From positions 1,024,001 through 1,088,000 of the forward strand of contig CAWCKY010000003.1 of the NCBI GenBank assembly GCA_963796275.1: 64,000 nucleotides of DNA, read 5' to 3'. This document shows positions 41,617-52,167 of this stretch, in pieces. Within the stretch, counting starts at the first letter, position 1. Each line of letters opens with the position of its first letter. A program made the translations under genes and the position numbers. The stretch is from an uncultured Acidobacteriota bacterium. GTDB lineage: Bacteria > Acidobacteriota > Blastocatellia > RBC074. The notes beneath the pieces are model-generated. The model searched no databases, had not been told where the DNA came from, and saw nothing but the letters and a program-made list of their open reading frames with translations.

Positions 41617-42852
41617 TCACCCGATTCTTCTTCGCAGCAAATCGAGAGCCGCATTGACCGAGAGCGTGCGTATGAATGGCCGATCGCCGGGAAAAAGGAA
41701 TTTCTTCACCGAGGTTTGCGCGTCATCGGCGATCGCGATGTAGACCAGTCCAACCGGCTTTTCATCCGTGCCGCCGCCCGGCCCGGCAATGCCTGTAATG
41801 CCGATGCCGAAGGTCGAGCCGGCCAGGTTGCGGATGCCGGCAGCCATCGCCAGAGCGACCTCCTCGCTCACCGCGCCGTGATCATCGATCATCTTTTTCG
41901 GGACGCCGAGTATTTTCATCTTGGATTCGTTCGAGTAAGTGACCGCGCCTTCGAGGAAATATTCCGAACTGCCGGGGATTTCCGTGATTCTCCCCGCCAG
42001 CAACCCGCCCGTACAGCTCTCGGCCGTTGCAAGCGTGAAATGGTTTCGTTTGAGCAGATCGCCGACCACCTGCTCCAATGTTTCGTCGCACCGCGAGTAG
42101 ATGAAATCTCCGAGCACGGCATCGATAGGATGCGCGAGTTCATCTAGCAATCGTTCGGCTTCGCCCGCACTGCTCGCGTGCGCCGTCAAATGCAATTCGA
42201 TCTGCCCATCTTTGAACAGGATCGTGGTCGAGGGGTTCGTGTATTTCGTGTAGATCGGGGCGGCCAGTTCATCTGTGCGCGATTCGCTCAATCCGAAGAT
42301 GCTCAACTTGCGGCGAATGATCAACAGTTCTCCGGAACGCTGTTTGAGGACGGGCGCGACGGAGGTGTCGAACATCGGCCTCATCTCGCGCGGAGGGCCG
42401 GGCAGCAGGACAATCGTACACTGCCCCTCCTCGATCAACATTCCCGGCGCCGTTCCGTTATTGTTTATGAGGACATCCGCGCCGTTCATCACGAGCGCCT
42501 GGCGCGCGTTGATCTCGGGCATATTCATTCCGCGCTTTGCAAAACGCGTCCGGATATTTGCGAGGATCGCCTCGTTCAGGATAAGTTGCCGGTTCAATAC
42601 CCGTGCAAATATTTTTCGCGTGATGTCGTCTTCAGTCGGCCCCAGCCCTCCGGTTGCGATGATGATTTGCGAGCGACGCAGCGCATCACGCACTGCCGAC
42701 TCCAGCCTAGCTTCATCATCGCCTACGATGGTCTTCAATTTGACATCGATGCCCATAGCATTGAGCTGTTCGGTAAGCCAGAGCGAATTCGTATCCGCTC
42801 GAAAGGGCGTCAGCATCTCCGATCCAATGGCTATGATTTCCGCATTGAGCAT
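41617..42852 (-). CDS. cinA: Competence/damage-inducible protein CinA (MoCF-like + PncC domains)
   Basis: GGLGPTEDDIT, GTAPG, LPGPPREM, AESCTGG, TGIAGPGGG, KPVGLV. Confidence 0.95.
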   Translation of the reverse strand: MLNAEIIAIGSEMLTPFRADTNSLWLTEQLNAMGIDVKLKTIVGDDEARLESAVRDALRRSQIIIATGGLGPTEDDITRKIFARVLNRQLILNEAILANIRTRFAKRGMNMPEINARQALVMNGADVLINNNGTAPGMLIEEGQCTIVLLPGPPREMRPMFDTSVAPVLKQRSGELLIIRRKLSIFGLSESRTDELAAPIYTKYTNPSTTILFKDGQIELHLTAHASSAGEAERLLDELAHPIDAVLGDFIYSRCDETLEQVVGDLLKRNHFTLATAESCTGGLLAGRITEIPGSSEYFLEGAVTYSNESKMKILGVPKKMIDDHGAVSEEVALAMAAGIRNLAGSTFGIGITGIAGPGGGTDEKPVGLVYIAIADDAQTSVKKFLFPGDRPFIRTLSVNAALDLLRRRIG

Positions 42853-42858
42853 ATATAT

Positions 42859-43416
42859 TCACCAAATAAATATTATCACTGACAAGATCACGGCCGCATA
42901 AATGCCGGCAACTATATCGTCCATCATCACGCCCAATCCGCCCTTGAAATGCTGCAGTTCACCGATCGGGTAAGGTTTGAAAATATCGAAGAAACGAAAG
43001 AGCGCGAATCCGATCACCAGCCACCATCGCCATTGCGGAGCGGGTTGCGCAAGATAGGGCGCGATGAAAACGAATGATATGAGTTGCCCGCATACCTCGT
43101 CGATCACGATCTGGCTGGCGTCCTTTCGGGCGAGGATTTTTTCAGCTCTGGTGCCGGACCAAATGCCGAGCGCGGCGAGCAGCAGGCTCGTGATGATGAG
43201 ACTGTTCTGCAATAGCGGCGTATTGGAGCCGAAGGCCGTAATCAGCCCGTAGGCGATGAGCAATCCGACGAGAGAACCAAAGGTCCCCGGAGCGAATGGC
43301 ATAAATCCTGAGCCGAATCCGCTGGCTACAAATAGTGCTAGGGCATCAGCCGGGCCGCCGATTCTGGCCACGCCACCGCGCTTCAATCGACTCTCTTGAA
43401 ACCTCTCCTTAATCAT
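42859..43416 (-). CDS. pgpA: Phosphatidylglycerophosphatase A
   Basis: APGTFGS, IVIDEVCG, FRFFDIFKPYPI, GGLGVMMDDIVAG; start uncertain. Confidence 0.93.
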   Translation of the reverse strand: MIKERFQESRLKRGGVARIGGPADALALFVASGFGSGFMPFAPGTFGSLVGLLIAYGLITAFGSNTPLLQNSLIITSLLLAALGIWSGTRAEKILARKDASQIVIDEVCGQLISFVFIAPYLAQPAPQWRWWLVIGFALFRFFDIFKPYPIGELQHFKGGLGVMMDDIVAGIYAAVILSVIIFIW

Positions 43417-43568
43417 TCTCCGCGAATCAATACCAGAACGACGTTTAAAAAATGAATCGCAAAATTTGGGGACAATCAACTCATTACGGATCAGCACGGA
43501 TGCGGCTGGATTGAGGCAGATTGATCTTACTGACCCGTGAGAATCAGTAGCAGTCTTGCGCTATCGAT

Positions 43569-44951
43569 CTACAGGCTGACTGCTCGCGCAACTAAATCGT
43601 ATTCGTGCGCCTCCGTGATTTCGATCTCGATGAAATCGCCGGGTTGCGCATTAAAACCGTCAGGCACATCGTTGATCAAGACGTGCCCATCGACTTCCGG
43701 GGCCTGGGATTCGAGGCGCGCCTGCAGCAACAAGTCGGTCTCTTGCGACACCCCTTCGAGCATTGCCTTGAGGCGCCTGCCGGCGAGCGCTTTGTTGCGC
43801 CGTTTGGAAATCCGGGCCTGCTCGCGCATCAGTTTGGTGCGGCGCGAACGCATGACCCTGGGGAGGACCTTTTCGTCGAGCTCGAAGCCGTGTGTGTTTT
43901 CTTCGTCCGAGTAAGTGAAGACGCCGACCCGGTCGAATTCGACATCGCGGATGAATTGCAGCAATTCATCGAAGTCTTTCTCGGTCTCGCCGGGAAAGCC
44001 GACGATGAAAGTGGTCCGCAGGGCGATCTCCGGAACGAGCTGGCGGGCACGACTCAATAATTTTTCGAGCAACTGCCGGTTGCCGCCGCGGCGCATTCGT
44101 TTGAGCACGGCAGCGCTAGCGTGCTGCAGCGGCATATCGAGGTAGTTGCACACCTTCGGTTCTTCGGCCATTGCTGCAAGCGTTGCGTCGCTCAAAGAGT
44201 TCGGATAGGTATACATCACGCGGATCCACTCGATCCCGCCCACGCGCGACAGGCTGCGCAGAAGATCAGCCAGCCCATCCTTGATGCCCAGGTCCAATCC
44301 GTATTGCGTTGAATCCTGGGAAATTAAAATCAGTTCTTTGACGCCTGCTTCGGCGAGCCGTTCCGCCTCGCGCATAATCGAACCGGCGCGCCGCGAACGA
44401 TATTTGCCTCTCATCTGAGGGATCGCGCAAAACGCGCAGGTGTGATCGCAGCCTTCGGCGATCTTGATATATGCGAAATGTTTCGGCGTCGCGAGAAGAC
44501 GCGGCGAATCTTCGTTGTAGAGGTACGTGGGCAATCCGCGCGTCATCCAGGCATTTGATGAGACGAACGCCGCATCCTGTGCCGCTACCGCCGCCGGGTC
44601 TACCGCTGCGACTATCTTATCTATCTCGCTCGTACCGAGAACTGCGTCGATTTCCGGCAATTGATTGAGCAGATCCTGGCGGTAACGTTCGACCAGACAG
44701 CCCGCGACGACCAGCCGTTTCAGCCTGGCCTTATCTTTTAGTTCCGCCATCTCGAGTATCGTGTTGATCGATTCCTCTTTGGCTGATTGGATGAAGCCGC
44801 AAGTGTTTACCACGAGTACGTCAGCGGTTTCGCGGTCGGTGGTCAATTCGTAGCCGTGGTCTCTCAATTGGCCCATCATGACCTCGCTATCGACGAGGTT
44901 TTTGGGGCAGCCGAGGCTGACGAAGCCGATTTTTTGTACCTCAGGTTTCAT
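43569..44951 (-). CDS. rimO: Ribosomal protein S12 methylthiotransferase
   Basis: SLGCPKNLVDSE, NTCGFI, radical-SAM motif CDHTCAFC, APEVDG TRAM region. Confidence 0.96.
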   Translation of the reverse strand: MKPEVQKIGFVSLGCPKNLVDSEVMMGQLRDHGYELTTDRETADVLVVNTCGFIQSAKEESINTILEMAELKDKARLKRLVVAGCLVERYRQDLLNQLPEIDAVLGTSEIDKIVAAVDPAAVAAQDAAFVSSNAWMTRGLPTYLYNEDSPRLLATPKHFAYIKIAEGCDHTCAFCAIPQMRGKYRSRRAGSIMREAERLAEAGVKELILISQDSTQYGLDLGIKDGLADLLRSLSRVGGIEWIRVMYTYPNSLSDATLAAMAEEPKVCNYLDMPLQHASAAVLKRMRRGGNRQLLEKLLSRARQLVPEIALRTTFIVGFPGETEKDFDELLQFIRDVEFDRVGVFTYSDEENTHGFELDEKVLPRVMRSRRTKLMREQARISKRRNKALAGRRLKAMLEGVSQETDLLLQARLESQAPEVDGHVLINDVPDGFNAQPGDFIEIEITEAHEYDLVARAVSL

Positions 44952-45023
44952 TATCTATCACTTCTTTAGAACACGAGATTATATTTATATTTATCCGATG
45001 CCTCTTCGTTACTCCTCTCATCG

Positions 45024-47489
45024 TCACGGGTAATGATACTGGCTGCCGCAATGCAGGCACTCCCTTCTTTTAACGACGACGAGGGTAGTCATGCAGATTA
45101 TATCCAGGGTCGCATACTTCTCGATCATTTTCTTCTGGCCATACCCGGGAAAGTTGATGGTGAGCTTGGCATTCTCGCCATCACCCTCACGCCGGACGAT
45201 CAGGCCCTGCCCGTACTTCGCGTGACGGACGCGCGTCCCCACCTTAAGCTTGCTTTGATTATTCGCGCCGTCTTGCGTCTCTTTCGCGCCCGCCGCTTCG
45301 CGATCCAGGATGCTCCGGTCGATCTGCTTCCCCTGACGCGCGAAAAATTCACGCACGCTGTCGGCGCTGTTATTTTTCGGTCCCTGATAACTGCTCGCGC
45401 GCGCCGGTTTTTCGACGGGTGAAGTCATAGCGCGTAAAGCGTCGCGGTTCTCTCTCGTAGATAATTTTTTCGCGAATCGCATCCAGCTCGGCATCGTTGA
45501 CAGGTCTTCGATCAGATCGAGCGGAAATTCATTCAAGAAACGCGAGGGTTCGGATGGCATCTCTTCGCCGTAAATCCTCCGCTTCATAGTATGCGTGAGA
45601 TAGAGGTACTTTTCGGCCCGTGTTACCGCGACGTAACATAATCTGCGCTCTTCCTCCAACTCATTTTCATTATCGCGAACGCGCGAGTGGGGGAAGAGGT
45701 TCTCTTCGAGGCCGGCGATGAAGACCAACGGAAATTCCAGACCCTTCGCCGAGTGCATCGTCATTAACGTGACTTGCGCCTCGGCTTTGTACTCGTCGGT
45801 GTCGGAGACCAGAGCGGCGTGATCGAGAAAATCGCGCAGATTCTCCCCGCGTTGCTCCGATTCGACCGCCGCATTGACCAGTTCTTCGAGGTTGAGCAGG
45901 CGCCCCTCGGATTCCTCGGTCTTCTCTTCTTTCAGCATCCGCTCATAGCCGGTGTCGATGATGGCCGCTTTGACGACCTCCGAGATCGGCTCGGCCAAGT
46001 CGCGAGCCTTCCCGATGAGGGAATTGACGATATCGCGGAATGATTTTAACGATGAGACGGCGCGCGCGGGCAACAGATTCTGTTCGATGACGAGGGCGAT
46101 CGTCTCCCAGTGCGATACGCCGAATTCCCTGACGCGGCGCTCGAGTTCGTCGATCGTCGTTTTGCCAATACTGCGCGCCGGCGTGTTGATAACGCGCATG
46201 AGCGCTATCGAGTCATTCGGATTGAGCGCCAGTTTCAAATAGGCGATGACATCTTTCACCTCGGCGCGGTCGTAGAAGCTGAATCCGCCAACCAGATTAT
46301 AGCGCAGACCGGCGCGGCGGCATGCCTCCTCAAAGACGCGCGATTGCGCATTTGTGCGGTAGAGGACGGCTGCGCGGAGCTTGTAATCGCGTCGCAGATG
46401 TTCTCCGATCTTACTGACTATCCAGCGCGCCTCGGATTCGGCATCGAGCAGTTGCGCGTATCGGATCATTTCACCATCGGCGGAATTAGCGCGGAGCTCT
46501 TTGTCGAAGCGTTGTTTGTTGTGAGAGATAACCCGATTGGCTGCATCCAGTATTCGTTTAGTCGAACGATAGTTGTCGAGTAGCTTGATCGTCTTCGTTC
46601 CCGGAAAGTCGCGTTCGAAGTTCAGTATGATACTGAAATCTGAACCCCGCCATCCATAGATCGCCTGACTCTCGTCTCCCACCACGCAGAGGCTCCGGTT
46701 GTTCCAGAAGTCTGTTGGTATGCGGCCCAGGTTGAGCGCGTAATCGCCCTCGATAATCAGCCGTGTCATCGAATACTGGATTCCGTTCGTATCTTGAAAC
46801 TCATCCACCATGACGTGTCGGAAGCGGTTGTGGTAATAGCGTCGCGTCTCTTCGGAATGTCGCAGGAGCTGCACCGTACGGATGAGCAGGTCGTCGAAAT
46901 CGAGAGAATTGGCTGCCTTCAGGCGTTCCTCATAAAGACCATAGACGCGCGCGATCGCTTCCCGACGAGATTCGAAGTATTCGGCCTGTGCGGCATAAAC
47001 TTCGGGAGATTCACCGCGATTCTTGGCCCCGCTGATAGCGCCCTGCGCCTGTCGCGCGGTCAGTTGTTTGTCGTCGTATCCCAGGTCTTTGATGCAACCG
47101 CGCAGCAGGCGCTGCTGGTCGTCGGTGTCATAGATCGTAAATGAGCGTGTGTATCCGCGCTCGAGTTTTTCTATGTCGCGCCGCAGGATCCGCACGCAGA
47201 GGGAATGGAAGGTCGAGAGCAGAGGCGAGCTGATGCGCGGTTTATCGGAGAGCAGCTTCTCCACGCGCTCCCTCATTTCACCGGCGGCTTTGTTGGTGAA
47301 AGTCACAGCAAGTATCTGATCGGGCCGCACGCCGAAATTCTCGATCAGATGGGCGATGCGGACTGTGATGACCCGCGTTTTACCGCTGCCGGCTCCGGCC
47401 ACGATCAGGATCGGTCCTTCCGTGGTCGTAACCGCTTCGCGCTGCTGCTGATTGAGTCCGGCCAGAAGATTGTTTTCGTTTGAAGTCAT
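45024..47489 (-). CDS. pcrA: ATP-dependent DNA helicase PcrA/UvrD
   Basis: AGAGSGKT, TFTNKAA, DEFQDTN, TMHSAKGLEF, EEERRLCYVAVTRA; C-terminal Tudor-like RVRHAKYGQG. Confidence 0.95.
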   Translation of the reverse strand: MTSNENNLLAGLNQQQREAVTTTEGPILIVAGAGSGKTRVITVRIAHLIENFGVRPDQILAVTFTNKAAGEMRERVEKLLSDKPRISSPLLSTFHSLCVRILRRDIEKLERGYTRSFTIYDTDDQQRLLRGCIKDLGYDDKQLTARQAQGAISGAKNRGESPEVYAAQAEYFESRREAIARVYGLYEERLKAANSLDFDDLLIRTVQLLRHSEETRRYYHNRFRHVMVDEFQDTNGIQYSMTRLIIEGDYALNLGRIPTDFWNNRSLCVVGDESQAIYGWRGSDFSIILNFERDFPGTKTIKLLDNYRSTKRILDAANRVISHNKQRFDKELRANSADGEMIRYAQLLDAESEARWIVSKIGEHLRRDYKLRAAVLYRTNAQSRVFEEACRRAGLRYNLVGGFSFYDRAEVKDVIAYLKLALNPNDSIALMRVINTPARSIGKTTIDELERRVREFGVSHWETIALVIEQNLLPARAVSSLKSFRDIVNSLIGKARDLAEPISEVVKAAIIDTGYERMLKEEKTEESEGRLLNLEELVNAAVESEQRGENLRDFLDHAALVSDTDEYKAEAQVTLMTMHSAKGLEFPLVFIAGLEENLFPHSRVRDNENELEEERRLCYVAVTRAEKYLYLTHTMKRRIYGEEMPSEPSRFLNEFPLDLIEDLSTMPSWMRFAKKLSTRENRDALRAMTSPVEKPARASSYQGPKNNSADSVREFFARQGKQIDRSILDREAAGAKETQDGANNQSKLKVGTRVRHAKYGQGLIVRREGDGENAKLTINFPGYGQKKMIEKYATLDIICMTTLVVVKRRECLHCGSQYHYP

Positions 47490-47500
47490 CGGTTAATGAA

Positions 47501-47581
47501 AGTTTCAGTTTTCAGTTTTCAGTTTTCAGTTGCTGATTCAGGTCATTTGACTAAAAACTAAAAACTAAAAACTAAAAACTA
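47501..47581. repeat. Inverted heptamer tandem repeats, (TTTTCAG)n ... (AAAACTA)n
   Basis: About 4 copies on each arm with a short spacer; the acyl-CoA dehydrogenase stop codon lies in the last unit. Confidence 0.85.
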
Positions 47582-48763
47582 TTTTTCGGCCAGCATCAAC
47601 CTGGCAATGGTCTGCTTCTGCATATTCGACGTGCCTTCGTAAATCTGGCCGATCTTACAATCGCGAAAGTATTTCTCGACCGGATAATCTTTAACATAGC
47701 CGTATCCGCCATAGAGATTGACTGCCTCCGACGAGACCTTTTCGGCGACGATTGAGGCGTAGAGCTTGGCCATGGCGGCCTGTTTGATGAAGGGTAGTCG
47801 GGCATCCTTGAGCCGGGCAGCGTTGTATACCATCAGCCGTGCGGCCTCGATCTGGGTGGCCATTTCGGCGATCTGGAACTGCACCCCCTGAAATTCGCTG
47901 ATCGCCTGACCGAATTGCCTGCGCTCTTTCGTATATGCCAGTGCGCATTCGAACGCGCCGCGGGCCAGTCCCAGCATCTGCGCTCCGATGCCGATGCGGC
48001 CCTCGTTCAACGTTTCAATGGCTATCTTGTAGCCTTTACCCAATTCCCCGAGCACGTTCTCTTTCGACACCCGGCAGTTATCGAAGAGCAGTTCGCACGT
48101 CGATGAAGCGCGAATGCCGAGCTTCTCCTCTTTTTTACCGACCGAGAAACCCGCGAACCCCTTCTCGATGATGAAGGCAGTTATGCCTTTGTACCCTTTG
48201 CTCGGATCGACAGTGGCGAAGACGACGAAGATTCCCGCTTCGTTGCCGTTGGTTATCCAGAGTTTTCTGCCATTGATCAGAAAGTGATCGCCCTTGTCCT
48301 CGGCTCTGGTTTGTAATGCGAACGCGTCCGAACCCGATCCCGCTTCACTCAAGCAATAAGCGCCCACCGTATCCTTGCACAGACGCGTGACATAACGCGT
48401 CTTCTGCGCGTCGGTCCCATAATTCAAAAATGCATTGATGACGAGGGTATTGTTAACGTCGACGCAGACGCTGATCGACGGATCGATGCGCGCAAGTTCT
48501 TCGATCGCCAGACAAGCCATGAAGAACGAACCGCCCGAACCGCCAAATCCTTCCTCGGGCTCAATGCCCATCAACCCGAGCTCAAAGCATTTATCGATGA
48601 TTTCGGGGCGAATCTTTTGTTTTTCGTCCATTTCACGGACGTATGGTTTTATCTCCGCTTCGGCGAACTCTCTTACGCTTGCGGCGAAAAGCTTCTCCTC
48701 ATCGGACAAAACAGTTAAGGGTTGTACGTTAATTTGATCCGGTGCTTCGCGAAACTGAGCCAT
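47579..48763 (-). CDS. Acyl-CoA dehydrogenase (short/branched-chain type)
   Basis: YCLSEAGSGSDA, GRKLWITN, KLGIRASST, GGYGY, IYEGTSN. Confidence 0.94.
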   Translation of the reverse strand: MAQFREAPDQINVQPLTVLSDEEKLFAASVREFAEAEIKPYVREMDEKQKIRPEIIDKCFELGLMGIEPEEGFGGSGGSFFMACLAIEELARIDPSISVCVDVNNTLVINAFLNYGTDAQKTRYVTRLCKDTVGAYCLSEAGSGSDAFALQTRAEDKGDHFLINGRKLWITNGNEAGIFVVFATVDPSKGYKGITAFIIEKGFAGFSVGKKEEKLGIRASSTCELLFDNCRVSKENVLGELGKGYKIAIETLNEGRIGIGAQMLGLARGAFECALAYTKERRQFGQAISEFQGVQFQIAEMATQIEAARLMVYNAARLKDARLPFIKQAAMAKLYASIVAEKVSSEAVNLYGGYGYVKDYPVEKYFRDCKIGQIYEGTSNMQKQTIARLMLAEK

Positions 48764-49043
48764 GGCTTCTCCTCTGGAAATAGACGGGATATACAGGATC
48801 GGAATAAGTTCCGAAATCCCATAAATACTCTCTATTCACCTTCTTTTTTGGGCCTCGCTGGCGATCTGTCATGCGCTGCGCAAATGACTCATCGGTCGAT
48901 CAAGCATCTTACAATAGCGCCTCTCCTTTGCCAACTTTCGCCCAATGACTATAATCTGCCTGCTGTTTTGACGCTTTCGTATTTAAGAATTTCAGAATAG
49001 ATGTTCTAGGTAACTCACTTCATTCATTCACCGGAGGCAAAAA

Positions 49044-49940
49044 ATGGACAGACGAAATTTTATTAAGACTTCGGCGCTTGGCGTTGTCTCGACAATTCTT
49101 CCTAAAGAATCGGTCATCAGTTCGCCAGCACCTGGTGGGCAGCTAAAAAAAGCGGTCCTGATCAGCATGTTCCCCAAGCAGATGAGCTACCTCGACCGTT
49201 TCAAGCTTGCCGTCGATACCGGCTTTGAGGGAATCGAAGCCCAGACGATAACCGATGAAAAGGTGGCTGATGAGATCAAGGAGGCCTCGATCAAAGCCAA
49301 GCTTCCGATCCACTCGGTGATGAATATGGGGCATTGGGAGTGGCCTCTCTCCAGCCCGAACCAGGATGACGTGACGAAGAGTCTCCAGGCTATGGAAACC
49401 TCGCTGCGCAACGCAAAGCTCTGGGGCGCCGAAACGGTGTTGCTCGTGCCCGCAGTTGTCCGGCCCGACACGACCTATGAACAGGCCTGGCAACGTTCGC
49501 AGCCGCAGATCAAAAAATTGATTCCATTGGCGAAGGAGCTCGGTGTAGTCATCGCAATCGAAGAGGTGTGGAACAGGTTTCTGCTGACCGCGCCGGATAT
49601 GGCGCGCTACGTCGATGAATTCAAGAGTCCCTGGGTCAAAGCCTACTGCGATGTAGGCAATATGGTCTTTTACGGCTTCCCGCAGGAATGGGTTCGCGTG
49701 CTCGGCAAGCGCATCGTCAGATTCCATTTGAAAGATTTCGACACGAAGTCGCGACAATTTGTGCCGCTCCTCGAAGGAAGTATCGATTGGAAAGAGGTGC
49801 GCAAAGCGATCGGCGAGATCGGTTACAGCGGATTCCTCACGGTCGAATTATCGGCTAAACCTGATGAGTTGAAAGATGGGCATCCGGCCTATTTGCGTGA
49901 GGTAGTTAAACGAGTTGATCGGATTTTTGCGGGGGAATAG
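49044..49940 (+). CDS. Tat-exported sugar phosphate isomerase/epimerase (xylose-isomerase-like TIM barrel)
   Basis: Twin-arginine signal MDRRNFIK; metal motifs IEEVWN, DVGN, HLKD, TVE. Confidence 0.88.
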   Translation: MDRRNFIKTSALGVVSTILPKESVISSPAPGGQLKKAVLISMFPKQMSYLDRFKLAVDTGFEGIEAQTITDEKVADEIKEASIKAKLPIHSVMNMGHWEWPLSSPNQDDVTKSLQAMETSLRNAKLWGAETVLLVPAVVRPDTTYEQAWQRSQPQIKKLIPLAKELGVVIAIEEVWNRFLLTAPDMARYVDEFKSPWVKAYCDVGNMVFYGFPQEWVRVLGKRIVRFHLKDFDTKSRQFVPLLEGSIDWKEVRKAIGEIGYSGFLTVELSAKPDELKDGHPAYLREVVKRVDRIFAGE

Positions 49941-50194
49941 TCTCTGGCATATGGCATATAAACGGCGCGGAGATCGTAAGCGACTGAGCTTCCCCATTGG
50001 TTCGCCGGTCAAAGCTCAAGTCGCTTACACTCAAGTGACTAGGCGCTATTTCAATGAGGGCAAATTAAAGTCGGTGGTTATCAATAGTTTTCGATTGGCT
50101 CCGGAGGAGCCTGATGTATATAGCGATCGATTACCCAATCTCACATGCCGACCAGGACCGATAACGTTCCATCAGTGACCATATATTTGCGCTT

Positions 50195-50716
50195 TCAGTT
50201 CAATAACTGTTCCAACTCGCGAGTGATCTGATTATATGCTTCGCCTTGATCTGTGCCGAATCCGACGTGTTTGCGAGCGACTTTACCGTCGCGGTCAAGA
50301 ATCAGTAACGTCGGCAAGGCGTCAAGGCCAAAGTACCTGTAAGCTTCCTGATCTGGATCGCGCAGCATCTTCACGCGCAGGCTATTTTTCTGCGCGAACT
50401 CGCGCAGATTGTCGTCCGACGCATAGGTCCGCGCACCCGGCCTCGCGCTATTGATCGAAACCCAATAAACCTGCACTCCGCGATCACTGAACCGATCGGA
50501 AAGCTTCTGCAGCGCGGGCAATTCGCGCGAAGCCATCGGTACCCAAGTGCCGCCGAATGACATCACAACTACTTTCCCGCGCAGATCCTTAAGGGTGAAT
50601 TCCTGGCCCTCGATCGGATGCAGTTTGATCCCCTGATTCTGCGTAAATGCGGCGCTGAATAGCATTGTGAGAATTGCGATGCTCAGCGTAATCGTCATCT
50701 TCAGGTGTTTTAACAT
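50195..50716 (-). CDS. TlpA/redoxin-like thioredoxin-fold protein lacking the CxxC motif
   Basis: LKDLRGKVVVMSFGGTWVPMASRELPAL, cis-Pro motif ALPT, ILDRDGKV; signal peptide. Confidence 0.8.
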   Translation of the reverse strand: MLKHLKMTITLSIAILTMLFSAAFTQNQGIKLHPIEGQEFTLKDLRGKVVVMSFGGTWVPMASRELPALQKLSDRFSDRGVQVYWVSINSARPGARTYASDDNLREFAQKNSLRVKMLRDPDQEAYRYFGLDALPTLLILDRDGKVARKHVGFGTDQGEAYNQITRELEQLLN

Positions 50717-50912
50717 ATAAACTCCTCCCATTCGTCTCTCCCCGCACACACTTGTTTTCCGTGCGGTTGAAAACGGCGTTTAGATGCTAAATCTAATGCA
50801 ATAGTTTGATGACACGATTATTGACTGATTGCAATTCTCGGCCTACGGTCTATCTGATGTCAAGCATATGCCTATTAAGCTTTTACAATGTAAATTGTAA
50901 TAATTTAAGATT

Positions 50913-51668
50913 TTACAATTCACGTACCCAGACATTTCTGAACCTCATCGGATTGCCGTGATCCTGCAAAACGATCGGTCCCTTCGCGTGCTTTTTATAA
51001 GTTGGAAAGATTGGTTCGTGAGTAGTCGGGCCATAGACGTCAGCGTTATCCTGAATTAGTACGCCATTATGCAGGACGGTGACGGTCGCCTTCTTTTTTA
51101 CTTTGCCATCTTCGGAGAAGATCGGCGCGTGGTAGATGATATCGTAGGTTTGCCATTCGCCGGGTTTGCGTGAAGCGTTGACGAGCGGAGGATATTGTTT
51201 GTAGACCGAACCCGCCTGCCCATAGTAGTAGGTTTTATTGTTATAAGAATCGAGCACCTGAACTTCGTAAAGACCCTGCAGAAAGACGCCGCTATTGCCT
51301 CGTCCCTGACTCTCACCCTTAACTTCGCTAGGCGTCGCCCATTCGATGTGCAATTGAAGGTCATCGAATTCCTGCTTAGTCCTGATATCGCCGGTGCCGC
51401 CTTTGACGATCATGGCGCCTTCCTTGATCTCCCACTGCGGAGCGCCGCCGGATTTGACGCTCGACCATTTGGAAAAATCCTTGCCATCGAAAAGGACGAT
51501 TGCGTCCGACGGCGCCCGCGTAACGTCACCAGGATCGATAATCTTAGGCTCTTCTTTCGGCTCGGGTATCTGTGTCATGGTGCGGCCCCCCATCGACGCG
51601 CAAGCGAGAATGGCGAATGCCAGGCTGGCGAAAACGGAAATTCGAGTGAACTGGATTCCTTTGAGCAT
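50913..51668 (-). CDS. DUF1080 / 3-keto-disaccharide hydrolase family protein
   Basis: [49 protein letters not shown]. Confidence 0.92.
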   Translation of the reverse strand: MLKGIQFTRISVFASLAFAILACASMGGRTMTQIPEPKEEPKIIDPGDVTRAPSDAIVLFDGKDFSKWSSVKSGGAPQWEIKEGAMIVKGGTGDIRTKQEFDDLQLHIEWATPSEVKGESQGRGNSGVFLQGLYEVQVLDSYNNKTYYYGQAGSVYKQYPPLVNASRKPGEWQTYDIIYHAPIFSEDGKVKKKATVTVLHNGVLIQDNADVYGPTTHEPIFPTYKKHAKGPIVLQDHGNPMRFRNVWVREL

Positions 51669-51684
51669 GGTTCTCCTCAGAAAA

Positions 51685-51780
51685 TAGTTTTCAGTCTTCA
51701 GTTTTCAGTTGCCGATCGTGATCACCCAACTGAAAGCCGAAAACTGAATGCTGAAAACTGAATGCTGAAAACTAAAAACT
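51685..51780. repeat. Inverted heptamer tandem repeats, (TTTTCAG)n ... (CTGAAAA/CTGAATG)n
   Basis: Directly visible; same unit family as at 9189 and 47501. Confidence 0.8.
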
Positions 51781-51782
51781 CT

Positions 51783-52079
51783 TTAAGTAACGGCATCATA
51801 GATCAAAATTTTTGACCACAAATTCGAGCGTTCCCTGAACTTGTCATGAACCGGGTGTTTTTGATAGATGTCGTGACCTTCATCATCGTCGAAAACGACG
51901 ACCAGCGCGCAGGAGTACGAGCTATCGATGACCGGGCGATCCGTCGATGCAGGCGCTCCGATAAAACAATGGCGGACCGACTCTATAGCCGCCAGCGAGC
52001 GCACACTTTCCCAGAACAAAGCGCGTTGCTCTTCGGTCAAGTCGGGTTTGAGCCAGAAGTAAACGGAGTGAACGAACAT
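51783..52079 (-). CDS. Dabb (stress-responsive A/B barrel) family protein
   Basis: MFVHSVYFWLK...YQKHPVH...IYD; AGGAG RBS before ATG 52079. Confidence 0.88.
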   Translation of the reverse strand: MFVHSVYFWLKPDLTEEQRALFWESVRSLAAIESVRHCFIGAPASTDRPVIDSSYSCALVVVFDDDEGHDIYQKHPVHDKFRERSNLWSKILIYDAVT

Positions 52080-52167
52080 ATTTCTCCTCATTGAGATCAG
52101 GTTGTGAAGACTTGATGTCGCACGTATAAACGAAATCGGTGGATAATTCAACCGGGCGAGCGCATAT

